64,000 bases of DNA, taken from contig NC_092379.1 of assembly GCF_030028105.1 (NCBI RefSeq), positions 18,432,742 to 18,496,741 of the forward strand, in the 5' to 3' direction. The notes beneath the pieces are model-generated. The model ran no database searches. It had not been told where the DNA came from and worked only from the letters and a program-made list of their open reading frames with translations. This stretch comes from Mobula birostris (lineage: Eukaryota). Below are positions 61,733-64,000 of the stretch, piece by piece. The translations under genes were made by a program, and so were the position numbers. Positions within the stretch are counted from its first letter, which is position 1. Each line of letters starts with the position of its first letter.

Positions 61733-64000
61733 TCACTGCAAAAGTACCTTTAACTCTTTAACTGCTTCTCTGAATAGGACTGAACTTAGACTGGCCAGTA
61801 TCTGTGACACTGCTGCACGACTTATGGAGGCCACATCTGGAAGTGACCTTGGTTTGTGATGTGGGTTAGAGTGCGGTCTAGCATTTACTCCTTTACTCCT
61901 GCGGGATGCTGCAACAGGAAGATTAACAACATCTGACCCTGGATCGGCTGTCACAGGCACAATGGTCTCAGTTCCAGAAGTTTTACTGTCAAGACTAGGA
62001 TCGGGATTCGGTACACCCTGTTCTGACACATCTTTTCCCAATATCACACCATTCTCTGAATCCTCAGAATCTGATTCATGTCCCGGGGAAGGACTACCCT
62101 GAATTACAGGAGCTTTCAGTCTCCTCTGAGGAACTGGGGTGGGAACGCTCTCACAGGGCCTGATGTCTACCCCGTTTACCCTCTTGATAGACCCTCCCTC
62201 CAAAGGATCAACAGTGTATGTGTTGTCTAGCACCTCTACCACTCTGTACAGTTGATTTCCAAGCATTCTAGATCTTACTACAGCCTACTGGTCTGTTCCA
62301 GAAGTAAACTAGTGCATTTACGTCAATCTGGGGACAATGAATTTTATCCTCCTGTCAGGCAATACGTTCTGCTGCCTTCTGTTCAGAGTATTCTTTTGCT
62401 CTGGCATGAGCATCACTCAGTCGTTTCTAGTGAACAGCTGACCAGTCATACCTCCTGTTCACAGACTGTCCTTGCCCCAGCAGAGCATCCACTGGCAAGT
62501 GGGGATCAACACCAAACAGTAGGTAATAAGGGGAATATCCAGTGGTTGCATGAAGTGTCACATTGTATGCATACACTAACTCGGGTAAATGCTCTGGGCA
62601 CCTGTGCTTCTTTTCTAGAGGCAATGTACACAACAAATCATGCATCGTCCTGTTGAAACGCTCACACTGAATGTTGCCAGTAGGGTGATGGGGTATAGTA
62701 CGACTTTTCTTTACCCCGTACAGTTTGCAAAGCTCATTTATGACCTCACTTTTGAAGTTACAGCCCCGGTCAGAATGCAACCTCTCAGGAATCCCATACT
62801 TCATAAACCATTCCCTCAAGAGTACCTTTGCTGTGGTATCTGTCTTTTGATCCCGAGTGGGAATGCTTGGGTGAATTTTGTAAAGGTTGGGGTGTTTCGT
62901 TACATCAGATCACTTACATCACTAGTACCAGCTTCAAGAGTTCAAATTTGCCTAACCTCACAGCTTTTAAGACCAGCTGTAACCAGTGACGGATTTAGGG
63001 CAGTGCCTTGATTGATCAGACTACAGATCACCACGGATCCGTCAAAGTCAGCAAAGTCAGCTGAGATAGGCTCAGGATCCCCTGCAAATGGCTGCCTAGA
63101 GAGGGCATCAGCCATAGTATTACTCTGACCTGGATGGTACTTTGTCTCTCCCTGTTGCTGGTATAAAACAGCTCTTAGTCTGTGACTGCTTGCATCAGTC
63201 TCCACTATGAAAGGCTGTGTGAAAGGTCTATCATTGAGAAAAACTGCGCTTCCCGCAAAGCATCAAAACTTTCATCAATCTGCGTGAGCGGGAACACATC
63301 CACTTCAGTCTTAGGATTCAGTCTCCGATAGTCTACACACAGCCTTAAGCTACCATCAGCCTTCCATACCAACAACACAGGTGAGGTATATGCACTATTG
63401 CTCTCCTGAATCACACCGTTCTTCAACAACTTTGAGATGTGCTCTTTCACTTCACTGTACTGATTGGGCAGAATGCGACAGTACAGCTGTGAAACAGGCT
63501 CATCCTCATTAAATGAATCTCATGCTTAATCTCGTTAGTTTACCCAAGGTCTTCATCTTTGAATGCACAGATATCCAGGTACTTAGCCAGTAAAGCTCTT
63601 AGCTGAGCTTGTTGTTCTTCACTACCCCCAATGTCGAGTTTGTCAAGAGTTGATTCTAACTTGGGGTTACTATCCTTCTCCTTTACACCAACAGTCACTT
63701 GTTCAATGCCAGCTGAGATCCACTGCAATCTTACAGCACCTTCCTGATCGCTATCTATGCATTCTACCTTTGATAGTATACCCAGCTGGATCCTAGGTGA
63801 GAGCCATACATCCTCTTGAGAGAGATTTGAAACCTGTACTGGCAGTGTACGGAAACAAGAGTCAATGAGCATGGGAATAAGTTCAAGACCACCCGGTAGA
63901 GGGGTGTTATGTAGCTCAAGTACCATCTTATGGTAAGTACCAGCATCTCCAGTGGCTTTCCTAGTCACAATGGTAACCACAGTAGGTATGTGCTCAGTAT
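61733..64000 (-). mobile_element. Gypsy/Ty3 LTR retrotransposon pol remnant (RT, RNase H, integrase), internally deleted, runs off the window
   Basis: GVIQESNSAYTSPVLLV.KADGSLRLCVDYRRLN; ETDASS; YHPGQSNTMADALSR; [29 protein letters not shown]. Confidence 0.92.

Overview
Cartilaginous-fish genomic DNA; the repeat types suggest a batoid/ray, which is my inference. Positions ~1-33 kb hold one immunoglobulin heavy-chain cluster of the IgW class on the minus strand. Order in transcription direction: leader; V fused to a D-like stub and carrying a 12-RSS (germline-joined VD); a single J; CH1; CH2 with a hinge-like triple repeat; short Cys-rich secretory exon S1; CH3a-CH4a; truncated pseudo-CH5; CH3b-CH4b; second intact secretory exon S2 plus an acceptor-less third copy; CH3c-CH4c; CH5; CH6 with terminal secretory tailpiece; a further intact but diverged CH3'-CH4' pair; a decayed CH6-like remnant. 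The front end is broken: V has a +1 frameshift, J has a TGA stop at the WGxG tryptophan, and CH1 has a SINE insertion plus a TAG stop. All 11 full-length C exons downstream of CH1 are open with intact splice sites. I found no transmembrane exon in the window. Positions 33-64 kb are almost entirely decayed retroelements (RTE, CR1, Penelope, Gypsy, SINEs), and I recognised no further Ig segment there. Domain names are assigned by recalled similarity to shark IgW/IgNAR, not by a database search.
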